Source: a bacterium (GTDB lineage Bacteria > Moduliflexota > Moduliflexia > Moduliflexales > JAUQPW01). Taken from it: a DNA stretch of 64,000 nt. The DNA is taken from contig JAUQPW010000005.1 of NCBI GenBank assembly GCA_030550175.1, forward strand, positions 23,873 through 87,872. Reading direction: 5' to 3'. Positions 36,612 to 45,164 of the stretch are shown here, piece after piece. Positions within the stretch are counted from its first letter, which is position 1. Each line of letters opens with the position of its first letter. The notes under the pieces were generated by a model. The model made no database searches, was not told the origin of the DNA, and worked only from the letters and a program-made list of their open reading frames with translations. The position numbers and the translations under genes were made by a program.

Positions 36612-36764
36612 TAGACGCCAGGATAAGCTGAAAAGCCCCGTCAGGGATGAACCGTTGGTAGTCCCAGACACAAGTCGGGGGATTCAGAATTTTTTTAAGC
36701 TCTGTAGGAGCGGCCTGTTAAACAGGTTGCTCCGCTGGGGCTAACCTTCTTATCCTGGCGCGTA
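36612..36764 (-). mobile_element. MITE family A, copy 3 (149 bp, inverted, ~10-bp internal deletion)
   Basis: TA|GACGCCAGGATAAG ... CTTATCCTGGCGCG|TA; interior is the reverse complement of copies 1 and 2. Confidence 0.85.
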
Positions 36765-36777
36765 GGGCCCCACTCTC

Positions 36778-36798
36778 CCCTTCCCCGGTGGGGAAGGG
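36778..36798. repeat. CCCTC-type hairpin flanking MITE copy 3
   Basis: CCCTTCCCC-GGT-GGGGAAGGG. Confidence 0.7.
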
Positions 36799-36898
36799 AA
36801 GTCGGAGAGGTGGAAAGTCAGGAGAATCTCCCTTATTTACTTACAGATTATTCATCAAAATACCGTTATCTGATTTTTAACAGGGCTTCGGGCCGGGG

Positions 36899-37210
36899 TT
36901 ATAATATTCCCAGTTCCAACTTCGCCGCTTCTGACATCATACTCGGATTCCACATGGGTTCCCATACGACGTCAACCTTTGCATCGGTCACCCCGGGAAT
37001 AGACCTTACCTTGCTTTCGACTTCAAAGGGCAGAGAAGCTGCTGCCGGGCAATGAGGCGTCGTAAGGGTCATTTTAATAAACACCTCATTGGAAGGACTG
37101 ATCTTTACTTCGTAAATAAGTCCCAATTCGTAAATATTTACCGGAATTTCTGGATCGTAGCAGGTTTTTAAAACCTCAACGACCTGTTCTTCAGTTACAG
37201 GTGTACTCAT
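36899..37210 (-). CDS. sufT: Fe-S cluster assembly protein SufT (DUF59)
   Basis: LKTCYDPEIPVNIYELGLIY, MTLTTPHCP, VWEP.W.P.MMSE.AKL.LG. Confidence 0.9.
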   Translation of the reverse strand: MSTPVTEEQVVEVLKTCYDPEIPVNIYELGLIYEVKISPSNEVFIKMTLTTPHCPAAASLPFEVESKVRSIPGVTDAKVDVVWEPMWNPSMMSEAAKLELGIL

Positions 37211-37302
37211 AATAATAAGTACTCAGTACCCAGTACTGAGTACTGAGTACTCAAGCAAGCTAAAAACTCAGTTCCAGTACTCAGTACTCAGTACTTATTA
37301 TT
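37211..37302. repeat. (AGTACTC/G)n heptamer hairpin filling the sufU-sufT junction
   Basis: Outer arms AATAATAAGTACT / AGTACTTATTATT pair perfectly; interior is AGTACT-containing heptamers. It overlaps the sufU stop and abuts the sufT ATG. Confidence 0.9.
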
Positions 37303-37750
37303 CTGTTGATACCGTTTCACACCTCCCATTTAAGGCCGCATGCATGGTATGCCAGGCAAGGGTTGCACATTTAACCCGAACCGGGAACTCAGAGACTCCT
37401 GCAAAAACCGCGAGTTTCCCTAACTCTTCCAGGTGATCGGTTGGGTCTAATCGGCCTGTAACCACTTCATGGAATCTCTGGAAAAGCATCTCAGCTTCAG
37501 CTTTGGTTTTTCCCTTTAATACCGAACTCATCAAGGAAGCTGAAGCCTTGGAAATAGCGCAACCTTCTCCTTCAAAACTCAGATCTTTGATCACATCATC
37601 TTCCAGCTGCATGTAGATAAAGTAGTGATCCCCACAAAGCGGATTATACCCTTCGACTTTCCGATTTGCTCCTTCTATTTTACGAAAATTGCGCGGATTT
37701 TTATTATGATCCAATATGACCTGCTGGTACAGTTCGCGCAGTTCGTCCAT
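37298..37750 (-). CDS. sufU: SufU (SUF-system NifU/IscU-like protein)
   Basis: LYQQVILDHNKNPRN, NPLCGD, GCAISKASAS, RVKCATL.W. Confidence 0.95.
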   Translation of the reverse strand: MDELRELYQQVILDHNKNPRNFRKIEGANRKVEGYNPLCGDHYFIYMQLEDDVIKDLSFEGEGCAISKASASLMSSVLKGKTKAEAEMLFQRFHEVVTGRLDPTDHLEELGKLAVFAGVSEFPVRVKCATLAWHTMHAALNGRCETVSTE

Positions 37751-37757
37751 TAAAAAA

Positions 37758-37816
37758 AGAATTCAGGAGTCCGGAGTCAAAAGAGTTAATCTTCTGACTC
37801 CGGACTCCTGAATTCT
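37758..37816 (-). terminator. Perfect 22-bp GGAGTC-heptamer stem followed by a U-tract (sufS-sufU junction)
   Basis: AGAATTCAGGAGTCCGGAGTCA / TGACTCCGGACTCCTGAATTCT; on the coding strand it is followed by T7-A-ATG. Confidence 0.65.
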
Positions 37817-39113
37817 AGGATCCGAATATTTCCTTAACTTTATAAATTCCCCTAACCAGGGCGTCGATATCCTCTTTTGTATTGTAAAAAGCCAGTGATG
37901 CTCGGGCGGTGGCCGGTATCCCGAAGCGTTGCATCACTGGCTGGGTACAGTGATGACCGGTACGGATGGCAATCCCTTCGGTATCTAATATCGTACCCAT
38001 ATCGTGGGGATGTACACCTTCCAGGACAAAAGACAAAACACTTGCTTTCTCCTTAGCCGTTCCGATAATACGTAAACCCTCGATTTCGGATAGGGCTTCT
38101 GTTGCATATTTAAGTAATTCCTGCTCGTAAGCGGCGATGGCATCTAAACCGATTTTACTCACGTAATCAACGGCAACTCCCAGTCCAATCCCCCCCTCGA
38201 TATGGGGCGTACCTGCTTCGAATTTAGCTGGTAAAGTATTATAAATGGTTTTTTCAAAGGTGACCGAGAGAATCATGTCACCGCCACCCTGGTAAGGAGG
38301 CATGACTTCCAGCAATCTTTCTTTACCGTACAGAATACCAATTCCCGTAGGGCCGAAGATTTTATGCCCTGAAAAGACGTAAAAGTCACAATCCAGATCT
38401 CTTACATCTACCGGCATGTGTTGTACGGCCTGCGCTCCATCGATTAAAACCGGGATTCCATAGTTATGGGCCATCTGGATAATTTGACGAACGGGATTAA
38501 CGGTACCTAAGGAGTTGGATACCTGAACGACCGAAACAAATTTTGTTCTTTCGTTTAAAAGTTCCTCGTACTCGTCGATCAACAGCTCGCCTGCGTCGTT
38601 CATTGGAATAATCCGTAGTTTAGCCCCTTTTTCTTCACAGAGCATCTGCCAGGGAACAATATTGGAGTGGTGCTCCATGGCCGAGATGATAATCTCATCT
38701 CCCGGCTGTATGTACTTTCGCCCGTAGCTGTTTACAACCAGATTGATTCCTTCGGTGGCGCCGCGAACGAAAATAATTTCTTTATCCTTGGAAGCATTTA
38801 TAAACCGTCTTATCCTGGATCGGGCCCCTTCATAGGCCTGGGTAGCCTTTTCGCTCAGGAAATGAACACCTCGGTGAACATTAGCGTTTTCTTCTGTATA
38901 ATATTTCTGTATGGCCTCTATAACTACCCGGGGCTTCTGAGTGGTGGCTGCATTGTCGAGATAAACCAGGGGTTTACCATGGACTCGCTGTTTCAAAATG
39001 GGAAAGTCTTCCCTGATTTTTTCCACATCAAACCCTGTTCTGAACTGGGTCGAAGATCGTGGAGTTAGCTGCTCGGTGATGTTTGGTATGGTTATATTGG
39101 AACTGGCTTTCAT
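37815..39113 (-). CDS. sufS: Cysteine desulfurase SufS
   Basis: LVYLDNAATTQKP, EHHSNIVPW, DGAQ, SGHKIFGP, RTGHHCTQP. Start moved to 39113 because the upstream extension is translated repeat. Confidence 0.97.
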   Translation of the reverse strand: MKASSNITIPNITEQLTPRSSTQFRTGFDVEKIREDFPILKQRVHGKPLVYLDNAATTQKPRVVIEAIQKYYTEENANVHRGVHFLSEKATQAYEGARSRIRRFINASKDKEIIFVRGATEGINLVVNSYGRKYIQPGDEIIISAMEHHSNIVPWQMLCEEKGAKLRIIPMNDAGELLIDEYEELLNERTKFVSVVQVSNSLGTVNPVRQIIQMAHNYGIPVLIDGAQAVQHMPVDVRDLDCDFYVFSGHKIFGPTGIGILYGKERLLEVMPPYQGGGDMILSVTFEKTIYNTLPAKFEAGTPHIEGGIGLGVAVDYVSKIGLDAIAAYEQELLKYATEALSEIEGLRIIGTAKEKASVLSFVLEGVHPHDMGTILDTEGIAIRTGHHCTQPVMQRFGIPATARASLAFYNTKEDIDALVRGIYKVKEIFGS

Positions 39114-39116
39114 CTC

Positions 39117-39185
39117 TTGTCCGTTGTCTGTTGTCCGTTGTCCGTTGCGACTTTTAGAGAGACAACGGACAACGGACAACGGACG
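39117..39185. repeat. Inverted (GACAACG)n arrays (sufD-sufS junction)
   Basis: TTGTCCGTTGTCTGTTGTCCGTTGTCCGTTG and GACAACGGACAACGGACAACGGAC separated by a 13-nt spacer. Confidence 0.9.
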
Positions 39186-39191
39186 ATTCTT

Positions 39192-40559
39192 TTATTTTCC
39201 AAACCGGGATAATAACCTCCTATCGATATCGGTTCGGACTGCTTCAAGCTTAATACGGCTAATGATATCACTGGCAAAAGCGTAGGTCAGAATTGTGCGA
39301 GCCATCTCTCGATCCACTCCCCGGGAACGGAGATAGAAGATGGGATCTTCCTCCAGTTGGCCTATGGTAGCCCCATGACTACACTTTACATCGTTGGCAA
39401 AAATTTCCAATTGAGGTTTTGTGTCGATTAAGGCTTCATCGGAGAGCAAAAGATTTTTGTTTGTTTGATGGGCGTTAGTTTTTTGAGCATTGGGTCGAAC
39501 CAGGATCTTTCCGTTGAATACCCCCCTCGACTTTCCATCCAGTATACCTTTGTATAACTCATTACTTGTACAGTGAGGCTTTGCATGATCGATCATGGTA
39601 TGATTATCCACATGCTGCCGATCGGCTACCACATAAAGGCCATTCAAAGTACACTCGCCCCCTTCTGCTTCGAACACAACGGTTATATTGTTTCGAACAA
39701 GTTTTCCACCAAAGGATAGCGAATGGGATGAAAAATTACTACTCCTCCCCTGACGCACCTGTACGGTCCCAATGTGGAAAGCCTCCAGACTCTCATATTG
39801 AAGCTTATAATAATCTACCACCGAGTTTTCACCTATCACAACTTCTGTAATGGTATTGGTGAAATAAGAGCTATGGGTAGGACTTACATAACTTTCGATC
39901 AAGGCCACCTGACTGTTTTTACCCGTAATGATAAGATTTCGAGGTTGAGAAAGGGGAGGCGCTTTATCAACCGAGGCAGCCTCTGAATCACCGATTCCGA
40001 CGAACAGCAGATGAATGGGGACTTCAACAATTACACCGTCCGGAATATATACAAAAGCTCCGTCTCGAATAAAAGCCGTATTGAGCGCCGTAAACCCATT
40101 ATCCTCATAAGAGGACGGAAATCCTACTCCTACCGATAAATACCTGGTCAGGGTCGTGGGGTCCTTTTCGATGACTGTAGCCAGGCTTCCTATTTGAACG
40201 TCCTTTGCAAGGGGATGCGGGTACGAAAGCTCCCGGGAATAATAGCCATTTACAAAAACAATTCGATGGTATCCGGTTTCTTCCAGCGTGAAACGTCGAA
40301 TGGCTTGGATAGTCAAGGGGAGTAACCAGCGAGCCGCTTCTGCCTCTGCAAAGGTCGGTTTGAAGGTACGCTCGACAATAGGAGAAACATCCGTGTATTT
40401 CCACTCTTCATCGTGAATAGTGGGAAAACCAAGTTCAACAAATCGAGAAATAGCCGTCTTACGAATCTTATGAATCGGCGACGCCTGGTCTCCATCGAGA
40501 TTCTTCTCGAACGCCTGGAAGTTGGAAAGGTACCATTCCTGATTCTTAGTAACTCGCAT
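39192..40559 (-). CDS. sufD: Fe-S cluster assembly protein SufD
   Basis: P...DEEWKYT, F.ALNTAF, VFNGKI.V...AQKT.A.Q...NLLLS, PQLEI.A.DVKCSHGAT, FYLRSRG. Start moved to 40559. Confidence 0.95.
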   Translation of the reverse strand: MRVTKNQEWYLSNFQAFEKNLDGDQASPIHKIRKTAISRFVELGFPTIHDEEWKYTDVSPIVERTFKPTFAEAEAARWLLPLTIQAIRRFTLEETGYHRIVFVNGYYSRELSYPHPLAKDVQIGSLATVIEKDPTTLTRYLSVGVGFPSSYEDNGFTALNTAFIRDGAFVYIPDGVIVEVPIHLLFVGIGDSEAASVDKAPPLSQPRNLIITGKNSQVALIESYVSPTHSSYFTNTITEVVIGENSVVDYYKLQYESLEAFHIGTVQVRQGRSSNFSSHSLSFGGKLVRNNITVVFEAEGGECTLNGLYVVADRQHVDNHTMIDHAKPHCTSNELYKGILDGKSRGVFNGKILVRPNAQKTNAHQTNKNLLLSDEALIDTKPQLEIFANDVKCSHGATIGQLEEDPIFYLRSRGVDREMARTILTYAFASDIISRIKLEAVRTDIDRRLLSRFGK

Positions 40560-40561
40560 TG

Positions 40562-40665
40562 TAAAAGTGCCTGAAGTATTTAAAGTTTTTAAGTACCTGA
40601 AGAGTCTTTTAAGCACCTGAAGCATCCAAAGTAGTATTCAATTCAGGTCACTCCAAACCCTTCAG
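40562..40665. repeat. Degenerate nonamer array (AAGTACCTG-like) with imperfect inverted copies (sufC-sufD junction)
   Basis: AAGTGCCTG AAGTATTTA ... AAGTACCTG ... AAGCACCTG AAGCATCCA, then TTCAGGTCACT and TTCAGGTCTTT. Confidence 0.7.
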
Positions 40666-40669
40666 GTCT

Positions 40670-41431
40670 TTAACTACGAACGGTTTCGACTTCTTCTTTA
40701 ATCCAATCGTATCCCTTTTCTTCAAGTTCTAAAGCCAGTTCTTTTCCACCCGATTTAATAATCCGTCCATCAAACAGAACGTGGACATAGTCGGGAATCA
40801 CATAATTTAACAATCGCTGGTAATGGGTTACCAGAATGATCGCATTATCCTTGCTTCTGAGCTTGTTGATGCCATTGGCTACAATTTTGAGGGCATCGAT
40901 ATCCAACCCGGAATCTGTTTCGTCTAGTATAGCCAGTTTAGGCTCTAATATAGCCATCTGGAATATTTCGTTACGCTTCTTTTCACCCCCCGAGAAGCCT
41001 TCGTTAACCGGGCGATTCAGAAAGCTTGGATCCATTTCAACAATTTTTAATTTTTGTTTTGCTAGGGTGAGGAATTCCATGGCATCCAATTCTTCGAGGC
41101 CCTTATGCTTTCGGATGGCATTGAGGGCGGCTTTCAGGAAATAGCTATTGCTAATTCCTGGAATTTCAATAGGGTATTGAAAGGCAAGGAAAATCCCTTC
41201 CCGGGCTCGTTCCTCGGGAGGCATCTTCAGCAAATCTTTCCCTTCATAAAGGACCTCTCCACTGGTGACCTGGTAGGTCTCACGTCCTGCCAGGACCTGG
41301 GCAAGGGTACTTTTCCCCGAGCCGTTTGGACCCATAATCGCATGGACTTCTCCGGCATTGACCTCCAGATTGATTCCTTTGAGAATTTCTTTATCCTCCA
41401 CGGCTACTCGCAGATCACGTATTTTTAACAT
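40670..41431 (-). CDS. sufC: Fe-S cluster assembly ATPase SufC
   Basis: [54 protein letters not shown]. Confidence 0.98.
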   Translation of the reverse strand: MLKIRDLRVAVEDKEILKGINLEVNAGEVHAIMGPNGSGKSTLAQVLAGRETYQVTSGEVLYEGKDLLKMPPEERAREGIFLAFQYPIEIPGISNSYFLKAALNAIRKHKGLEELDAMEFLTLAKQKLKIVEMDPSFLNRPVNEGFSGGEKKRNEIFQMAILEPKLAILDETDSGLDIDALKIVANGINKLRSKDNAIILVTHYQRLLNYVIPDYVHVLFDGRIIKSGGKELALELEEKGYDWIKEEVETVRS

Positions 41432-41438
41432 TCTTTCT

Positions 41439-41510
41439 AAGAGTTCAAGAGTCAGAAGCCAGAAGTCAGAAGCGTAAAAATCCGGCTTCTGATTTCTGGC
41501 TTCTGAATTC
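41439..41510. repeat. Inverted (AGAAGYC)n heptamer hairpin (sufB-sufC junction)
   Basis: TCAGAAGCCAGAAGTCAGAAGC (41452-41473) pairs with GCTTCTGATTTCTGGCTTCTGA (41485-41506) at 21/22 positions. Confidence 0.9.
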
Positions 41511-41515
41511 CAAAG

Positions 41516-42961
41516 CTAACCAACACTTCCTTCAAGACTTACTGCCAGTAGTTTCTGGGCTTCCACTGCAAATTCCATGGGTAAATGGTGAAAGACCTCT
41601 TTACAGTATCCGTTAACGATCAAATTCACCGCGTCCTCTGTAGAGAGACCCCGCTGATTACAGTAAAAGAGCTGATCTTCCCCGATCTTTGAGGTGGTCG
41701 CTTCATGTTCTAACCGCGCCGAATTATTTCTTACTTCAATATACGGAAAGGTATGGGCCCCGCACTTGTCCCCGATCAATAAAGAGTCACACTGGGAATA
41801 ATTCCGGGCCCCTGAAGCACTTTTCGTGATTTTAATCAAACCCCGGTAAGTGTTGTTCCCATGACCCGCCGAGATTCCCTTGGAAATGACGGTACTGCGG
41901 GTGTTCTTTCCGATGTGAATCATCTTCGTACCTGTATCCGCCTGCTGATAATTATTGGTGAGGGCCACCGAGTAGAACTCGCCTACGGAATTATCTCCCT
42001 TTAGGATTACACTGGGATACTTCCAGGTAATGGCCGAACCGGTCTCCACCTGGGTCCAGGAAATTTTAGAGTTGTCTCCCAGGCATAGACCCCGTTTGGT
42101 TACAAAATTATAAATTCCTCCCTTACCGTCTTTGTCACCCGGGTACCAGTTCTGGACGGTGGAGTATTTGATTTCCGCATTCTTATGGGCAATCAACTCC
42201 ACCACCGCTGCATGTAATTGATTCTCATCCCGCATGGGAGCTGTACAACCCTCTAAATAGGATACATACGCTCCTTCCTCGGCAATGATAAGGGTACGCT
42301 CAAATTGACCGGTTTCTGAAGCATTGATGCGGAAGTAAGTCGATAACTCCATGGGGCAGCGTACCCCCTTCGGGATGTAACAGAAGGACCCATCACTGAA
42401 AACAGCCGAATTCAATGCCGCGAAGAAGTTATCTGTATACGGCACTACAGAGCCGAGATATCTCTGAACCAGATCCGGGTAATTTTGAACCGCTTCGGAA
42501 AAGGAACAGAAAATGATCCCTAATTCCGCAAGTTTTTCCTTATAGGTGGTCGCTACCGAAACACTATCAAAAACCGCATCAACGGCCACACCGCTCAGTC
42601 GCTTTTGCTCTTCCAGCGGGATACCTAGCCTCTCAAAGGTACGTAACAGCTCGGGATCTACTTCTTCGAGGCTGTTCCACTTAGGTTTCCGTTTCGGAGC
42701 TGCATAATAAATAATATCCTGATAATCAATGGGCGGATAGTGAACATTAGCCCACTTCGGCTCTTTCATGGTCAGCCAGTGTCGATAAGCCTTTAACCGC
42801 CACTCCAGCAGAAAATCCGGTTCCTTCTTTTTGGAGGAGATTAAACGAATAATGTCCTCATTCAACCCTTTAGGAACAGTCTCCTCCTCGATTTCCGTCA
42901 CAAATCCATATTTGTATTCCTGGCTCGTTAAAGTTTCCAGGGTGCTCGTCTCATTACTCAT
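41516..42961 (-). CDS. sufB: Fe-S cluster assembly protein SufB
   Basis: [62 protein letters not shown]. Confidence 0.98.
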   Translation of the reverse strand: MSNETSTLETLTSQEYKYGFVTEIEEETVPKGLNEDIIRLISSKKKEPDFLLEWRLKAYRHWLTMKEPKWANVHYPPIDYQDIIYYAAPKRKPKWNSLEEVDPELLRTFERLGIPLEEQKRLSGVAVDAVFDSVSVATTYKEKLAELGIIFCSFSEAVQNYPDLVQRYLGSVVPYTDNFFAALNSAVFSDGSFCYIPKGVRCPMELSTYFRINASETGQFERTLIIAEEGAYVSYLEGCTAPMRDENQLHAAVVELIAHKNAEIKYSTVQNWYPGDKDGKGGIYNFVTKRGLCLGDNSKISWTQVETGSAITWKYPSVILKGDNSVGEFYSVALTNNYQQADTGTKMIHIGKNTRSTVISKGISAGHGNNTYRGLIKITKSASGARNYSQCDSLLIGDKCGAHTFPYIEVRNNSARLEHEATTSKIGEDQLFYCNQRGLSTEDAVNLIVNGYCKEVFHHLPMEFAVEAQKLLAVSLEGSVG

Positions 42962-43133
42962 AACTTCATCATCCCTTCTTCGTTGCCCGTAGTTTTCGGT
43001 TTCTTCACTTTATCTTTAATTAAAGCATAAGCTCTTAAACCCGGGCAACGGGCTGATTAGTATCCGGAAAAACTTACCGGTGTTCTTACAAATCCAATTA
43101 AAAATATGACTCCTTCTGCCTGAAGGCAGAACC

Positions 43134-43165
43134 TTTTATACCTGACAAAATTGTCAGGTATAAAA
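43134..43165. promoter_or_regulatory. Perfect 32-bp palindromic operator upstream of sufB (IscR/Rrf2-type box)
   Basis: TTTTATACCTGACAA-AA-TTGTCAGGTATAAAA; the core ATAC.TGAC...GTCA.GTAT resembles IscR type-1 sites. Confidence 0.75.
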
Positions 43166-43310
43166 TCAAAAAAAATAATCTTAAATTTTAAATCTGGAAA
43201 CTACTTTATACACAGTTTCCAACCAACTTTGGCTATTTTCCATAGCCCAATAATTAAAATGGGTAGTCTTAGGTTCTTCGTCAAGCCCTTTTTGTGAAAA
43301 ATCTTCGGTA

Positions 43311-43817
43311 TTAACCGGAACCCTCACTGATCTGAATCAACTCCTGCTGAGGTTCCATTGCCTTATTCAGGAATTCTTTTCCTTTTTCTTCTCTCATGAG
43401 GTGAGCCAGCGTGATATGACTAAACACACTGTAGATATATTGCATGAGGGAATACCATACGGGACGAATACCACACTGTTTCACATGGGTACATTCCTCA
43501 AGCTTTCCGGGGAATTGCCTGCAAAGATCTGATCCACCTGTTTCGTGGTAGAAAAAAGAGTCTTCATCTAAAGCCTGTAAGACATCGATCATCAGGATAT
43601 TTTCTGGACTTTTAGTCAGCGTATAACCCCCATTAACCCCGCGAATACTTTCAACCAAACCTGCCCGTCGTAGGAGAACCAGAAGTTTCGTTACATAATC
43701 TGTGGAAAGGCCTTCCTTCTCGGCAATTTCAGTGACCGATACCGGTTCACCGGGAGGATAATGGGCCAGTTGCAGAATACAACGCAACCCATATTCTTCT
43801 TGTGCCGTGATTTTCAT
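43311..43817 (-). CDS. Rrf2-family transcriptional regulator (IscR/SufR-like)
   Basis: MKITAQEEYGLR, EIAEKEGLS.DYV.KLL, LV.SIRG.NGGY.L, three Cys (C-x9-C-x5-C). Start moved to 43817. Confidence 0.92.
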   Translation of the reverse strand: MKITAQEEYGLRCILQLAHYPPGEPVSVTEIAEKEGLSTDYVTKLLVLLRRAGLVESIRGVNGGYTLTKSPENILMIDVLQALDEDSFFYHETGGSDLCRQFPGKLEECTHVKQCGIRPVWYSLMQYIYSVFSHITLAHLMREEKGKEFLNKAMEPQQELIQISEGSG

Positions 43818-43879
43818 AATAAACCTCGTTTCTCGTTTGCATATAAAAACGTTGCGAGGTATAAACATCCTTTTACATT

Positions 43880-43909
43880 AGTTTATCAAATCCTGACCGC
43901 TCTGTCAAG
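43880..43909 (-). promoter_or_regulatory. Sigma70 promoter of the rrf2 gene overlapped by a second operator
   Basis: Minus strand TTGACA (43908-43903)-17 nt-TAAACT (43885-43880); CCTGAC-N6-GTCAAG (43892-43909) has the same half-sites and spacing as the sufB palindrome. Confidence 0.7.
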
Positions 43910-43918
43910 TTTTTTCGT

Positions 43919-44908
43919 CTATTTCCAATCGGGGTGGTTATTGACGCTCCTATCGTTGGTAAGTTGAACGGGGTTACTTCCATCCACATTGATGATAAAA
44001 AGATTCCAGTCGGCTTTTTTTTTGTCGGTTGTATTGGCATAAACGATTTTGGTTCCGTCCGGAGACCAGGAGGGATGGTAATCATAATTCGGATCGGTGG
44101 TAACTCGGGTTTTGTTGCTCCCGTCGGGATCCATAATCCAGATGTCTCCTTTTCCATCCCCTTCTGTGGAGACATAGGCTATTTTTTTACTGTCCGGAGA
44201 AAAATGAGGTCTGCAACTTCCACTGGCATTGGTGAGTTGTTTTTCATCACTACCATCGGCATTCATCACATGAACCTGCCATCCCATAAGCCTTTTAGAT
44301 GTGAAAGCAACTTTAGAGCCGTCAGGAGACCAGTTTGCCAAGATATTCTCCTTCCAGGGACTTTCTACCTTATAGGGTCTCTTATTGGTTCCATCACTAT
44401 TCATGATATAAATACCCCAACGAGAAGTCTCCTTGGAATCAAAGAGAATCTGCTTGCCGTCGGGAGACCAGGTCGGAGAAGCATAATCGGTTTTATTATC
44501 GGTCAGCCGGATCTGATTGCTTCCATCTACATTCATGACATAGACATTCCAATGTCCATCCCGGTTTGAAACAAAAAGGATTTTACTCCGATCCGGAGAC
44601 CAGGTGGGATATTCATCCTCAGCATTATTGAAGGTAAGCTGTTTTAATCCACTTCCATCGGGATTGATGACAAAGATTTCAAAATCCCCATCTCGATTAG
44701 ATTGGAAGACAATCTTACCTGGAAGATGCCCCCGGTCGTTTGCGGAGGATTGATTGGATATGGGTTGAGCAACCTGCGGGGTAGACTCCTGAACCGAAAC
44801 CCCTTTTTTGGACGACTTATGAGGAGATGAGGTTTGATCCTGGCATCCCATGATAAGAAGAGAGATTAAAATAGATATCGGAAGGAACCAACGCTGTTTC
44901 ATTTCCAA
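43919..44908 (-). CDS. TolB-like PD40/WD40 beta-propeller lipoprotein
   Basis: Lipobox LIMG-C, S/Q-rich tether, six P.WSPDG.KI.F.S.R.G...I..MN.DGS...LT repeats. Confidence 0.85.
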   Translation of the reverse strand: MEMKQRWFLPISILISLLIMGCQDQTSSPHKSSKKGVSVQESTPQVAQPISNQSSANDRGHLPGKIVFQSNRDGDFEIFVINPDGSGLKQLTFNNAEDEYPTWSPDRSKILFVSNRDGHWNVYVMNVDGSNQIRLTDNKTDYASPTWSPDGKQILFDSKETSRWGIYIMNSDGTNKRPYKVESPWKENILANWSPDGSKVAFTSKRLMGWQVHVMNADGSDEKQLTNASGSCRPHFSPDSKKIAYVSTEGDGKGDIWIMDPDGSNKTRVTTDPNYDYHPSWSPDGTKIVYANTTDKKKADWNLFIINVDGSNPVQLTNDRSVNNHPDWK

Positions 44909-45164
44909 AATAACTTACACGTAATTCTATCCATAAGTTGTTTACACTTACATAGAATCACGGGCAAATTTTCTTTCTTCTAAGACGAGGAGATTTTGAA
45001 GCAAATAAAGCCGACAACACTTTATGTTTAGCGCTTAAATTTTCCCTTGTCAACGTTAAAAAGACCGGGTTCCTCAAATTTAGTTGACTTTTGGATGAAA
45101 AATTGGAGAGGATAGAGGAGGGAGAAAAGGGTCCTGTGAATTTCTACGAAAAAGATACCTTGCT

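Noticed and set aside
29525-40625. N-terminal extensions of livH, sufS and sufD in the ORF track (e.g. TTDNGQR peptides)
   Set aside because: They are translations of the intergenic repeat arrays; downstream starts match the family N-termini.
6576-41510. CRISPR array
   Set aside because: The repeats are 7-9-nt tandem units without unique 25-45-nt spacers, and there are no cas genes.
43934-44569. 211-aa plus-strand ORF, and the many other short antisense or alternate-frame ORFs
   Set aside because: These are shadows of well-supported genes (here the repetitive PD40 gene), with no RBS or recognisable motifs.
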